Positions 18,651 to 29,162 of a stretch of 64,000 nucleotides of DNA are shown here, one piece after another. Positions within the stretch are counted from its first letter, which is position 1. Every line of letters begins with the position of its first letter. The stretch is from Bacteroides sp. (lineage in GTDB: Bacteria; Bacteroidota; Bacteroidia; Bacteroidales; SM23-62), in the NCBI GenBank assembly GCA_011053095.1, contig DRHS01000137.1, forward strand, positions 1,120 to 65,119. The letters are read 5' to 3'. The position numbers and the translations under genes were made by a program. The notes below the pieces were generated by a model. That model had not been told where the DNA came from. It searched no databases and saw only the letters and a program-made list of their open reading frames with translations.

Positions 18651-21449
18651 ATGAACAAGGAATTTTTTCTCATACTATTCTCAGTCTTTTTGTTTGTTGC
18701 AGTCAACACTATTTTCTATTTCCAGATATTAAACAAGCAGCTTGATTTTCAAACAGAATTACTTACAAGTCAGACCCAGATTTGTGGTAATACTATAGAG
18801 CAGGAAGGGCAGAGATTTGAGAATGAATTAAACTCAATTCCATACCAGAACGATTTCACACGGCTTTTTACGGATGAGGAAATCAAGCAGAGCGGATCTG
18901 TTAACCTGCAAAAGCTTTATACCGGATACAGCCAGCTTATTGATAAAATCACAGTATATGATAACTTCAATAATGTCTACAGCCTCATCCTGGATAATAA
19001 AAATAATTTCGTTTCCGATTATTACGAATCTCAACGGCAGGTGCCGCTTCAGGAAAGGGATCAACTGCTCGAAAACGATGGGAAATTCAAGTTAACAATA
19101 CCCGGATTTGACGATAAGGGAGTCGTCCGTTCAAATATCCTTGTAGATCTGAACCATGAGCGTTTTGTGGATGCCGTCTTTGAAAGATACGCTCTGGAAC
19201 ATACGGTTTGGCAATGGATGGTTTCTGAGGACGGTGAACTTATTTCTTCTGCTGAAAATGTCCTCATAATACCCGACGCCGACCTTAAACAAATTGGTGA
19301 TAAGATAATGGAGATCGAAGAAGGATCCCTTGTCCATACCATTACCATTGATAGTATCTCAACTCGGGTAGTTTCGGTGTATTATCCTGTTCGCCTGGTA
19401 AATCGGGACATGGGAATAGTTTTTTCTATAAAGACTGATCTTTTTCTCCAGTCTATCTTAATGAAGATAGTTATCATTAGTGTCTGCAGTCTTTTACTGC
19501 TGGTGATATTATTGTACATCCACTTCCGTGCAACCAATGTCCAGACAAAAAAAATTAAAGCCCATAAATACTCTGAAGATTCTCTTTTCAATACTATTGA
19601 GAGTTTACCATTTGGTATTATTTTTCTAAATCCCGACGGAAGAATTCGTAGTATGAATCATGCAAGCAGGGCAATGTTGATGGAAGAAGAAAAAGAAGAT
19701 GCTGTCAGCTATTCTGAGCTTGGTCTCGATAATATTCCGGGCTCGGTGAATGGTTTGATATATGAAAGAACTTTCGGAGATGGCATTCTTTTAATGGTTC
19801 GCAGGAAATCCGGTATAAGGCATATATACAAAATGGAATGGGAGGCTGTTGTTGGGGAAGACGACTCCAGAATAGTATTGCTTATAGATGTAAGTGAGCT
19901 GAACAGCCTCAGGAACCTGGAAAAAATTTCCGAACTGGCCAGGGTGGAGATGCTTGATAGTATGGCAAAAGAAATATCTGTTCCACTTGCACAGTTAAGA
20001 AAAATCATACCTGAAGGAAGGGATGAAGATCTTCAAAAATCCTTTACGCTGCTTTCAAACCTTATCAGTGCCACACTCGATTTTGCAAGCAAGGAAGCTG
20101 CTGGTGTGGTAACAGAAGAAATTCCATTTTACCTAAGGTCGGAACTGGAACTTGCCCTTGAACCTTATCACCGCAATCACTCTTCAGTTAGTATTATTAC
20201 CAAAGTCAGGAATGAGGTTCCGGACAAGCTGGTTGGCGATCCCTTCCGGCTCAGGCAGGCCATCAATTGTCTTGTTGATAATGCATTGGAATTAACTGAT
20301 GAGGGAAGAATCCTTATTAGCTGTGAAGTACTTGAACAGCGTGCCGGTCCTCTTAAACTAGAATTCCACGTTGAAGATACCGGCTCCGGATTGAATGAGG
20401 AACAAATTGAAGCCCTGATGAATGATCTGCACAGGGGAAAAATTAATCATATAGAAGAATCGAGTGGATTCAATAGAAGATTGGCTATTGCCAGGCAGCA
20501 TATAGAACTTATGAAGGGCCAGCTTTGGCTTGAATCTCCATCTACCATTTCAACAAGTCCGGACCATCCCGGAATAAAGTACAGCTTTACCCTGGATATT
20601 TTCCCGGCGGAAAGTGTCAGGGAAAATCTGGTTTTCAATGAAATTGGTCGATTTGAAGATATTGAATGCCTTGTTGTTTCACAGGAAAAAGAAACAGAGA
20701 CTGACCGGTTTAAGTTCCTGCTTGATACAGGACTGAAGCTTAAGTATCTTGTTTACCGTGAAGAAAATACCAATTCACTCTTTGAGTTAATCGCTGAGAA
20801 ATCTGCTTCTCTTCAAATGCTTATTCTGATGAATTCTGCCACACAGGATGGCTTCAGTATAGCTGGACAGATTATCCGAAAGGAGCTTAATGATAATCTC
20901 ATTCTGATCCTTCTCAATTCTGAACACAGACAGGATCATTACTCAATTTCAATGGGTGCAGGAATCGACTATTACCTTGAAGATCCCTTTGACCCCTACC
21001 TTTTTGCTGAGATATTTTCCAAACACTTTCCGGGTCTGGATAAAGGAGAACTTGACAAGATACCTCGAACTGAAAATATAAATCCCAGGATCTCTGTTCT
21101 ACTTGCAGAAGATAATCTGTTTAACCGGAAGCTTATACAGGGTTTGTTTAAAAGGCTTGGACTTGATATAGACCTGGCTGAGAATGGCGCACAGGCAGTT
21201 CAACGGGTCAGGGATAAACATTTCGATATTATTTTTATGGATCTTCTTATGCCTGAAATGGATGGAGTTCAGGCTGCAATTGAAATACGTAAACATGGCT
21301 TCAAAGCTCCGATTATTGCTTTGACAGCTGTTGAGAATGAGGATGCCCGAAAATCCGCCATGAAAGCCGGCTTTGACGATTACCTTATTAAGCCCGCCGC
21401 TGAGGATTCCATTCGGAAAATTCTATTGAAAATTATTCCAAAATCCTGA
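18651..21449 (+). CDS. Hybrid sensor histidine kinase-like protein (degenerate HisKA/HATPase) with two receiver domains
   Basis: 2 TM, periplasmic domain, PAS-like segment, GDPFRLRQ, EDTGSG; intact C-terminal REC (AEDN, FMD, LTA, KP); H-box His absent. Confidence 0.82.
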   Translation: MNKEFFLILFSVFLFVAVNTIFYFQILNKQLDFQTELLTSQTQICGNTIEQEGQRFENELNSIPYQNDFTRLFTDEEIKQSGSVNLQKLYTGYSQLIDKITVYDNFNNVYSLILDNKNNFVSDYYESQRQVPLQERDQLLENDGKFKLTIPGFDDKGVVRSNILVDLNHERFVDAVFERYALEHTVWQWMVSEDGELISSAENVLIIPDADLKQIGDKIMEIEEGSLVHTITIDSISTRVVSVYYPVRLVNRDMGIVFSIKTDLFLQSILMKIVIISVCSLLLLVILLYIHFRATNVQTKKIKAHKYSEDSLFNTIESLPFGIIFLNPDGRIRSMNHASRAMLMEEEKEDAVSYSELGLDNIPGSVNGLIYERTFGDGILLMVRRKSGIRHIYKMEWEAVVGEDDSRIVLLIDVSELNSLRNLEKISELARVEMLDSMAKEISVPLAQLRKIIPEGRDEDLQKSFTLLSNLISATLDFASKEAAGVVTEEIPFYLRSELELALEPYHRNHSSVSIITKVRNEVPDKLVGDPFRLRQAINCLVDNALELTDEGRILISCEVLEQRAGPLKLEFHVEDTGSGLNEEQIEALMNDLHRGKINHIEESSGFNRRLAIARQHIELMKGQLWLESPSTISTSPDHPGIKYSFTLDIFPAESVRENLVFNEIGRFEDIECLVVSQEKETETDRFKFLLDTGLKLKYLVYREENTNSLFELIAEKSASLQMLILMNSATQDGFSIAGQIIRKELNDNLILILLNSEHRQDHYSISMGAGIDYYLEDPFDPYLFAEIFSKHFPGLDKGELDKIPRTENINPRISVLLAEDNLFNRKLIQGLFKRLGLDIDLAENGAQAVQRVRDKHFDIIFMDLLMPEMDGVQAAIEIRKHGFKAPIIALTAVENEDARKSAMKAGFDDYLIKPAAEDSIRKILLKIIPKS

Positions 21450-21468
21450 CATCCAATACCCGAAACCT

Positions 21469-22509
21469 ATGGAGAAGGGATTGGACATACTTGCTTTTCT
21501 GAAATACTCAGAGACCCTCCCGATAATCGATGTAAGAACTCCTTCAGAATACATGCAGGGTCATATCCCTTCGGCATATAACATACCGCTGTTCTCAGAT
21601 GAGGAAAGGAAAAGAGTAGGCACCATATACAAGCAAAAGGGTCAAAGGGAGGCTGTTGTTAAGGGACTGGAGTATGCCGGTCCCAAAATGAAAAAGCTTG
21701 CGCTTCAGGCTTCCGGTATTGCAATTGATCAGAAATTATTAGTGCATTGCTGGAGGGGTGGCATGCGAAGCGACAGTATGGCATGGTTGTTTAAGACTGT
21801 GGGACTCGAAAGCATGGTCCTGGAGGGAGGTTATAAAACATTTCGCCGCCATGTTCTTCCCAGCCTGGATAAAGACTTCTCGTTTGTTGTTATCGGGGGA
21901 TTTACCGGATCCGGTAAAACGGATGTATTGTTGACACTAAAAAATATGGGCGAACAGGTCCTTGACCTGGAAGGAATGGCGAATCATAAGGGCTCGGCCT
22001 TTGGATCCCTTGGGGAAAAATCACAGGGTACTAACGAACAGTTTGAAAATGATATATTCACGGCTCTCAACGGGCTGGATAAGAACCGTATAATCTGGAT
22101 AGAGGATGAAAGCAGAACGATTGGCAGAAATTCACTTCCGGGTGGGATTTATCGTAATATTCGTTCATCTCCACTTATTTTTCTCGATGTCACACCAAAA
22201 GACCGTGTGGATCGCCTGGTAAGAGATTATGCCGGTTTCTCAAAAGAAGATCTCAGTGCATCTGTTCAGAAAATTAGTCCCAGGCTCGGTGATCAGACTG
22301 CAAGGCTTGCAATCAAAGGGATTCAGGAGGGTAACTATCAGAAAACCGTTGAGCTCGTCCTCCATTATTACGATAAGACTTACAGATACGGACTTGGAAA
22401 AAGAGAGCCTGACCTTGTCTTCAACCTTCCCCTGAAAGATGATATATCACTCCCAGATAAGGCTGGTCTTATCCTTGAGTTTGTTAAGCAAAACCGTATA
22501 TTTGTGTAA
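21469..22509 (+). CDS. mnmH: tRNA 2-selenouridine(34) synthase
   Basis: Rhodanese DVRTPSEY..HCWRGGMRS plus P-loop GFTGSGKT, DLEGMANHKGSAFG, EDES. Confidence 0.92.
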   Translation: MEKGLDILAFLKYSETLPIIDVRTPSEYMQGHIPSAYNIPLFSDEERKRVGTIYKQKGQREAVVKGLEYAGPKMKKLALQASGIAIDQKLLVHCWRGGMRSDSMAWLFKTVGLESMVLEGGYKTFRRHVLPSLDKDFSFVVIGGFTGSGKTDVLLTLKNMGEQVLDLEGMANHKGSAFGSLGEKSQGTNEQFENDIFTALNGLDKNRIIWIEDESRTIGRNSLPGGIYRNIRSSPLIFLDVTPKDRVDRLVRDYAGFSKEDLSASVQKISPRLGDQTARLAIKGIQEGNYQKTVELVLHYYDKTYRYGLGKREPDLVFNLPLKDDISLPDKAGLILEFVKQNRIFV

Positions 22510-22530
22510 TTACATTCAATTTCAACGACT

Positions 22531-23229
22531 ATGAACAAAACAATTGAAACCATGGGCTCCATTGCCAAGGTGGAGAAACTTGAGACACTCAATAATAATA
22601 CTCTTGAGAATACCCTGGTGCTTGAGGAGATCGAACCGTTTCCGGGATATCATGGGGGCAATCTGCCAAGCGGCTATAATCCCACTGCAACTTATCTGGT
22701 CCTTAAGAAAAAGGTGTCAACGATCAGGATTATGCGGATAACACAGAATATCCACAAATACTTCAAGCCCGGGTTTGACGGTTCGCCTGCGGAGATTTGC
22801 ATTAATAATGACATTTTTACCTGTATTCGACTTCGTAATTTTAATAATTATGGAATCATCCCTGAGCTACAGAAGCATTATATGCATGAGGGACTCAAGT
22901 TTATGAAGAAAAAGAAAATTCATGGTGATGGTATCATCGAGATAAAAAAGCATTTTGAACTTGAAAAGCTTGGTGATGGTATCTTTAAGGACCTGGAAGA
23001 TCCCCTGATGTTCTATCTTGAGATTCCTGCACACCTTAACTGGTCTCTTTTCATTGAGATCACTACTTCAATAAAACACAACCTTGATGATCTTAGCTTC
23101 GATGCTGCACTTGGTGCAATCTATATGAAAGAGATTACCGAGGTAGTTAGGATCTTTGCAAGGGATATGAGTATAGAAGACCTTCAAAAGATAAGGCAGA
23201 AGTATAATGAAGAACTAAGAAAGTATTAA
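22531..23229 (+). CDS. Hypothetical cytoplasmic protein with internal duplication
   Basis: 232-aa ORF with its own TATATTTG element at 22497-22504; two related halves. Confidence 0.65.
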   Translation: MNKTIETMGSIAKVEKLETLNNNTLENTLVLEEIEPFPGYHGGNLPSGYNPTATYLVLKKKVSTIRIMRITQNIHKYFKPGFDGSPAEICINNDIFTCIRLRNFNNYGIIPELQKHYMHEGLKFMKKKKIHGDGIIEIKKHFELEKLGDGIFKDLEDPLMFYLEIPAHLNWSLFIEITTSIKHNLDDLSFDAALGAIYMKEITEVVRIFARDMSIEDLQKIRQKYNEELRKY

Positions 23230-24486
23230 TTATTGAAGTTTTACCTCACTGGCATCCACAACTTTATATAGTTTATCGGAACGTCTGATTAAATCAGTGA
23301 TCGGTATTGAAAAGCTTTCTCCCTTTTCTACCCGTTCTACTGTTTTATAATCAACCTGCATTTCATCAATCGTCCACTCAATTACTCCTGTCGTGGGACC
23401 GGTAATCAATATCCGATCGCCTTTCTGAAGATGCCCGGATTCAACCAGGAACTCTGCAACACCAAGCTTGCTGAAATAGTTCATGCCCTTGCCGATGTAA
23501 ATTTTCCGCTTTGTGGCGTTCGATCCGTACCCTTTGCTCCACTCCCCAAGCTCCTGCCCCAGATAGTTGCCGTCCCAGAATCCGCGGTTGAATACAGAGG
23601 CCAGCCGTGAATTCCATCCCGACACCTTTTCTTCATCGAAACTGCCGTCTATGCAGGAATGTATTGATTCATTATAGCACTCTGTAACCGTTTTAACATA
23701 TTCCGGGCTCCGGGCCCTGCCCTCAATCTTCATAACCGAAACCCCTGCACCGATGATCCTGTCCATATAGGAAATAGTGTTCAGGTCCTTTGGTGACATG
23801 ATGTACTCCTGGTCTATTTCAAGTTCCTTTCCGGTCTCCTTTTCCGTGACAATATAGGATCGCCTGCATGCTTGCAGGCATTCTCCGCGATTTGCAGAAT
23901 GGCCATACTGATGAAGGCTTAAGTAACATTTACCCGATATGGCCATGCAAAGAGCCCCGTGAATAAATAACTCTATCCGTATTAGTTCACCGGATGGACC
24001 ATTTATCTCATCCTTGATTATTCCATTTGAAATTGCCGAGATCTGCTCAAGGTTAAGTTCCCTTGCAAGGACAACAACATCGGCATACCCGGAATAAAAT
24101 TTAAGTGACTCTATATTGCTTATGTTCAGCTGGGTTGAGAGATGAATTTCCATTCCCTCCCCTCTTGCGATCTGGATTACAGACTGATCTGCCGCTATAA
24201 TAGCAGATATGCCGGATTTTTTTGCCTGATAAACAATTTCTCTTACCAGTTCCAGCTCATTATTGTAGATTACGGAATTTAATGTAAGGTAGGTTTTAAT
24301 GTTATTTTCTTTCGCAATATCTGATACCTTAATAAGATCCTTTATGGTAAAATTATGAGATGACCTTGATCGCATATTCAGTTTTTCAACACCAAAATAT
24401 ACAGCATCCGCACTGCCCTGTATGGCAGCCTGTAGAGATTCGTAAGAACCGGCGGGGGCCATCAATTCGATATCCTTTCTCTGCAT
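23230..24486 (-). CDS. U32 family protein (TrhP/YegQ-like tRNA hydroxylase)
   Basis: ELMAPAG, HGALCMAISGKCYLS, NRGECLQACR, KIEGR Fe-S motifs. Confidence 0.88.
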   Translation of the reverse strand: MQRKDIELMAPAGSYESLQAAIQGSADAVYFGVEKLNMRSRSSHNFTIKDLIKVSDIAKENNIKTYLTLNSVIYNNELELVREIVYQAKKSGISAIIAADQSVIQIARGEGMEIHLSTQLNISNIESLKFYSGYADVVVLARELNLEQISAISNGIIKDEINGPSGELIRIELFIHGALCMAISGKCYLSLHQYGHSANRGECLQACRRSYIVTEKETGKELEIDQEYIMSPKDLNTISYMDRIIGAGVSVMKIEGRARSPEYVKTVTECYNESIHSCIDGSFDEEKVSGWNSRLASVFNRGFWDGNYLGQELGEWSKGYGSNATKRKIYIGKGMNYFSKLGVAEFLVESGHLQKGDRILITGPTTGVIEWTIDEMQVDYKTVERVEKGESFSIPITDLIRRSDKLYKVVDASEVKLQ

Positions 24487-24498
24487 GGCCATCAAGTA

Positions 24499-25653
24499 CT
24501 AAACTGATTTATTGAGGATAATCCGGATGATTGTGCTTTTTTCGGCTTCAGACTGCAGAACGAAAATTTTTCCTTTGTGATAGATTTCTACAATCCTTTT
24601 TGCCAGGGAAAGACCGAGTCCCCATCCCCGCTGCTTGGTTGTATATCCAGGTTTAAATATCGTTTTTTGCCGATTCTTGGGAATGCCTTTACCTGTATCA
24701 TCAAAATCAATAAACACCTGCTTTCCCTGATCCAGTAGTGATATTTTCAAGGTACCCTTCCCGTCCATTGCATCCACTGCATTTTTACACAGATTCTCAA
24801 CCACCCATTCGAAAAGGGATTTGTTAATTGGTACAATCATGTTGTCGGAATCTGCCTCCAGCGAAATGCTGACATTTTCAGAGGTCCTTGATATCATGTA
24901 ATCCATCGAATCCCGGAGAACATCTCCTATTATCTCATCGCTGAGAATCGGTTTGGATCCGATCTTTGAAAATCTTTCCGTGATTTGCTCAAGCCGGCCA
25001 GCATCTTTCTCCAGCTCGCTTATAAGTTTTTTATCCGGGTGTTTTTCCTTCAATATCTCTACCCATCCTATCATTGACGATGTCGGTGTGCCAAGCTGGT
25101 GGGCTGTTTCTTTGGAAAGGCCGACCCAGACCTGGTTTTGCTCAGCCTTGCGTGAGGTACTGAAGGCAAGATATGCAACCAGGACAAACAGCAGAATAAC
25201 CCCGAGTTGGAAATAGGGGTAATACGTTAGTTTGGCAAGTAGTGTTGAGTTCCTGTAGTAAACATAATTAACAAGTCCCTCTCCAAGATCAACTTTGATG
25301 GGAAGATTCTCATCCTTCATTTTCTGCAATTGTCTCCGCACATAATCCGGGTTTTCCATTTTCAGGGAGTCCAGGTTTCTTTTTTCAATTATGTTCTCAT
25401 CCTGGTCAACAAGAATTACAGGAATGGTTGTATTGTATTGAACAACATGTAGAGGAAATCCAAAATCCTGTCCGGTAATACTTATATCAGCAAGCTGCCG
25501 GGTAGCTTCTGCCCATAATTCAACCTTTTTGTGTTCTTCTTGTGCCAGTAGCTTTACAAGGCTGTGTGTATAAAGCAGGGAGCCCATGCCAATGAGAGAT
25601 GCAAAAAGGATCAGATAAAGCTTCCAGCGTTGTTTTCGGTAGTATATATCCAT
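24499..25653 (-). CDS. Two-component sensor histidine kinase
   Basis: 2 TM; ETAHQLGTP H-box, ENLCKNAVD, DTGKG, GWGLGL. Confidence 0.92.
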   Translation of the reverse strand: MDIYYRKQRWKLYLILFASLIGMGSLLYTHSLVKLLAQEEHKKVELWAEATRQLADISITGQDFGFPLHVVQYNTTIPVILVDQDENIIEKRNLDSLKMENPDYVRRQLQKMKDENLPIKVDLGEGLVNYVYYRNSTLLAKLTYYPYFQLGVILLFVLVAYLAFSTSRKAEQNQVWVGLSKETAHQLGTPTSSMIGWVEILKEKHPDKKLISELEKDAGRLEQITERFSKIGSKPILSDEIIGDVLRDSMDYMISRTSENVSISLEADSDNMIVPINKSLFEWVVENLCKNAVDAMDGKGTLKISLLDQGKQVFIDFDDTGKGIPKNRQKTIFKPGYTTKQRGWGLGLSLAKRIVEIYHKGKIFVLQSEAEKSTIIRIILNKSV

Positions 25654-25659
25654 TTGCTT

Positions 25660-28305
25660 CTATTTATTCTTTTTTCTCTTCCTTTTCTTTGGTTCCGGGG
25701 GGATGGTATCCTCTTCGGGATCATCCTCATCCCATACAATGATAAACCTCTCTTTATCAGAATTATTGTTCTGCTTACTGTCTCTTAAGGAGGTACTGTC
25801 TTTCGATTCATCTCCTAGGGTTGAGTCTTTCCTGAACCATCCCAGTTCTTCATTCAGGAGCTTTTTTATTTCCTGCTTTTCATCTTTCATCTGTTCCCGG
25901 ACATTCTGCATAGCTCCCCTGCGATCATACCGGACATCTGTTCCTTCGGGTGTTCCTTCAATTATGAGATAGACATAAACCTGTCCCAGTCCATCGTCCT
26001 CGATTTCTCCAAATTCAGATTCCTTTTCCTGCAGTTTCAAAGATCTTTTTGATCGAAGCTCCGATAAAGCAATTTTCAATTTATAAGTGAAATTCTTATC
26101 AAAACTGTGAATACCGGAAGCTGTTATGTCAGCCGCTGTGGAAGAGATATCCATCTTGGGGATCACCACCTCTTGATTTCTGATAAATATCTCGTTTGTC
26201 AGGGTTGAAAATTTTATGCTCTCCAACTCTTCAATATCAATAAACCGGGAGAGTTTCATCATGGGTTCAAACCCGGAAAGCTCTCCATCCCGGATAACTA
26301 CATCACATTCTGCAAGAATCGTATTTTTCCTTATCTGCATTTTTTCATCCAGTCCGGCAGAAAAATTCACCGTCCCCGTTAAAGATCCCTTCAGGTTGGA
26401 ATCAACAATAAAATCCTGTCCAAAATTTTTAAACGACGAAAATGCTTCTGTAATATCCACAGATTTGATTTCAGACATGCTTTTAACTAGAAAGTGCATA
26501 TCCCCCTGTTGTTCAAGAATGCCATGAGATTTAATTAGTCCCCCCATGGATAAAAGCTCAATATGATTTATGCTCAATCTTTTAGGTTTGTAGATCAGGT
26601 TCCCGGTAATTTGCCTGGCTTTGAATTCATTTATCTCAAGTTCATCAAACCAGAACCTGGTTTTCAGGTACAGGCGTTCAGGCAGGAAAACAGAATCCGA
26701 CCTGTTAATCTTATCAGTCCTTGCTTTCATTGATCTGAGGTAATTCAGATCCATTCTCTCGGAATACAGATCAACATCCATCCACAGATTACCGCCAGGG
26801 GTTAACAGGTATTCCAGAAAATTGTCAATTCTCCCGCTCATGCTAACCTGGCTGTTCTCCAATACACCACTAAGGTTGATAACCTCAAGATGATCCGTGA
26901 ATTCTACATACCCGGTAAAACTTTCAAAGTCCAGTGGCAAAGTTCTGAATTTCAACGAGACATTTTCAAGATGCAGGTCCGCATCGTATGTGTATTTCAG
27001 CAGGTCGGACTTTTTGAAATTTTTCGATAATGCCTGGTTTCCTTTTATGTTGAACTCTCCAAGAACCCTTCCCTGCAAAACTTCAAAGATCGAATCCCGA
27101 GATATAAGTTTCTGTAAATCTGAAAGATCCAGGTCCGCTTTGACCTGATAGTTAAAGTCCGGCCGGACAAGATTAAAAACCGAGTAATCACCACCAATAC
27201 GTGAGTTCCCTATTTTCATAGACATCCCATTCAATTGTATAAGTGTGGTCTGCGGACCCATTCCGATGCCGTTTGAATAGCTGCCCCTGGTTTTAATTTC
27301 TCTTACTTCTTCAGGAAAACCAGGAGAATTTATCCACCCATCCTTTAAAATGAAATCTGCATCAATCCAGGGCATTTGTGTAGCACTGACGGTCCCCTTT
27401 ATTTTTCCGGTAAAATCAAGGTTGCCTCCAGCCCTAAGATTATCCGGGATCTTTCTGCTGCTAATAACAAGATGATGCAATATTGTCTCCATATCAAGCT
27501 GCTTTCCTTCAAAAACAAGGTCAAGGTCCAGCGGTGCGGGTCGCATCATCTTCCCTGAGAGAATTATATGTTGTCCGGCAATAATCAAATTCCCCTCTGA
27601 AATGCGGATTGACCGGGGGTCAATGTTCAGGGAGGTATTGGCAGAGATTTTCTGTTCTTTAAGAAAAACTGTTCCCTCATTGCTGTAACTCATCAGTATA
27701 CCATCGAGTCCTGCAGACATCGCAAAATCATCCCTTGAAAATTGTCCCCTGAAATAACTTTTTCTCAAACTTCCCCACAAGTCAATTTCAAGGGCTCTGT
27801 TATCGAATCGAAAAATTATGTCAGCCAGGTTCACATTGTCAAGTTCAAGCATAAAGTTCTTTTCACTTTCTACATCCTTGCGGTCCCATATCACATAATT
27901 CCCTTTACCCGCACGATCTATGAAAATGTTCAGCTGTCCTGATTGTATCTGTACTTCCCTTACCAGATACTGGTGCTTTAATAATTTCAGAACATTAAAC
28001 CGCAGAAAAAGGTGGCTTGCTGAAAGAAGGGTGTCGGTATTCCGTTCCGGGAAGACAGCTGTTTGAAAATCGGGGACAGAAGCGATGAACACATCTCTGA
28101 ATTCAAGGGAGGCATCCGGGAATTTCCGGATAAAAGAAAGATTTACCTCCCCTACATTCACCTCTGCTCTTATCTGCCGGTTTAATCCATCAACAACATA
28201 ACTGGTCAGTTCATCTTCAAATACCCTCACAAGTATGACGGATACCACAGTCAGTATTGCGAAAAATACTACAACGAAGACAACTATTTTTCTGAATACC
28301 CTCAT
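25660..28305 (-). CDS. AsmA-like lipid-transfer protein
   Basis: N-terminal TM anchor, repeated beta-taco segments, Bacteroidota AsmA C-terminus (GIHSFD..YKL..FGEIEDDGLG). Confidence 0.8.
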   Translation of the reverse strand: MRVFRKIVVFVVVFFAILTVVSVILVRVFEDELTSYVVDGLNRQIRAEVNVGEVNLSFIRKFPDASLEFRDVFIASVPDFQTAVFPERNTDTLLSASHLFLRFNVLKLLKHQYLVREVQIQSGQLNIFIDRAGKGNYVIWDRKDVESEKNFMLELDNVNLADIIFRFDNRALEIDLWGSLRKSYFRGQFSRDDFAMSAGLDGILMSYSNEGTVFLKEQKISANTSLNIDPRSIRISEGNLIIAGQHIILSGKMMRPAPLDLDLVFEGKQLDMETILHHLVISSRKIPDNLRAGGNLDFTGKIKGTVSATQMPWIDADFILKDGWINSPGFPEEVREIKTRGSYSNGIGMGPQTTLIQLNGMSMKIGNSRIGGDYSVFNLVRPDFNYQVKADLDLSDLQKLISRDSIFEVLQGRVLGEFNIKGNQALSKNFKKSDLLKYTYDADLHLENVSLKFRTLPLDFESFTGYVEFTDHLEVINLSGVLENSQVSMSGRIDNFLEYLLTPGGNLWMDVDLYSERMDLNYLRSMKARTDKINRSDSVFLPERLYLKTRFWFDELEINEFKARQITGNLIYKPKRLSINHIELLSMGGLIKSHGILEQQGDMHFLVKSMSEIKSVDITEAFSSFKNFGQDFIVDSNLKGSLTGTVNFSAGLDEKMQIRKNTILAECDVVIRDGELSGFEPMMKLSRFIDIEELESIKFSTLTNEIFIRNQEVVIPKMDISSTAADITASGIHSFDKNFTYKLKIALSELRSKRSLKLQEKESEFGEIEDDGLGQVYVYLIIEGTPEGTDVRYDRRGAMQNVREQMKDEKQEIKKLLNEELGWFRKDSTLGDESKDSTSLRDSKQNNNSDKERFIIVWDEDDPEEDTIPPEPKKRKRKKNK

Positions 28306-28335
28306 CGGGAAATCTTTTAGCCCCGGAAGTGATTG

Positions 28336-29040
28336 CTACAACAGAAATGAAAAATCTGAGCCGGGTTGGAGTTCATAGGGATCCATTTCCTTTTTAAAGA
28401 TCCTGGCTGGTCTGGGACCGATTAATTCCATCGAGCCATTTTCCAACAGGAACATTGTCCCTTCCCTTAATCCCACAACAAACATACCGGGATTGGCTTC
28501 AATGAATTCTTCAATTCGCATTTCCCTTGTCTCACCTGCATGCCCCTCCGGATTTGCGTCAAGGTAATGGGGATTTATCTGAAAAGGCACAAGATTCATG
28601 GTGTTAAAACTTCCGGGTTCAACAATGGGCATATCATTGGTGGTCTTTAAACTGGGACAGGCAACATTGCTCCCTGCGCTCCATCCGATGTAGGGGATTC
28701 CCTGAAGGACTCTGTTTCTGATCGCATCAATCAATCCATTATCCTGCATTAGTTTTACAAGCTGGAAGGTGTTTCCTCCACCAACAATAACAGCACCTGC
28801 TTCCTCTACAGCCTTAACCGGATCGGAAACATCATTTACGGAGGTAATATCATGGCCGATTTCCTGAAAACGCGACCGTACCCTGCCGGTATAATCATCA
28901 AAGGAAATTGTAACGCCCGCATAGGGAACAAAAACCGCATTTACCGGTTTCTCCCCAAGGAATGTTTTAATCTCCTGCAGTGGATGCTCCAGGTAGGTTT
29001 CTCCGGCATTTGTGCTGTTGCTAATAAGTAATAATCTCAT
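28336..29040 (-). CDS. pepE: Dipeptidase E (S51)
   Basis: GGGNTF, GWSAG, TTNDMP, NPHY, GETRE. Confidence 0.93.
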   Translation of the reverse strand: MRLLLISNSTNAGETYLEHPLQEIKTFLGEKPVNAVFVPYAGVTISFDDYTGRVRSRFQEIGHDITSVNDVSDPVKAVEEAGAVIVGGGNTFQLVKLMQDNGLIDAIRNRVLQGIPYIGWSAGSNVACPSLKTTNDMPIVEPGSFNTMNLVPFQINPHYLDANPEGHAGETREMRIEEFIEANPGMFVVGLREGTMFLLENGSMELIGPRPARIFKKEMDPYELQPGSDFSFLL

Positions 29041-29162
29041 GAGTTTATTTGTATAATTCCATCCAAAATTAGTAAAAGCATTCGAGCAGGATATATAAAG
29101 ATCTTAACATCCTGGCGGGAAGTTGAATGGGGGCCATGTAAAAGATATACAGAATACTCTGC

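Noticed and set aside
25690-25835. Short KDST repeat and acidic/basic tail of the AsmA-like protein
   Set aside because: Low-complexity C-terminal tail; too short and degenerate to call a repeat element
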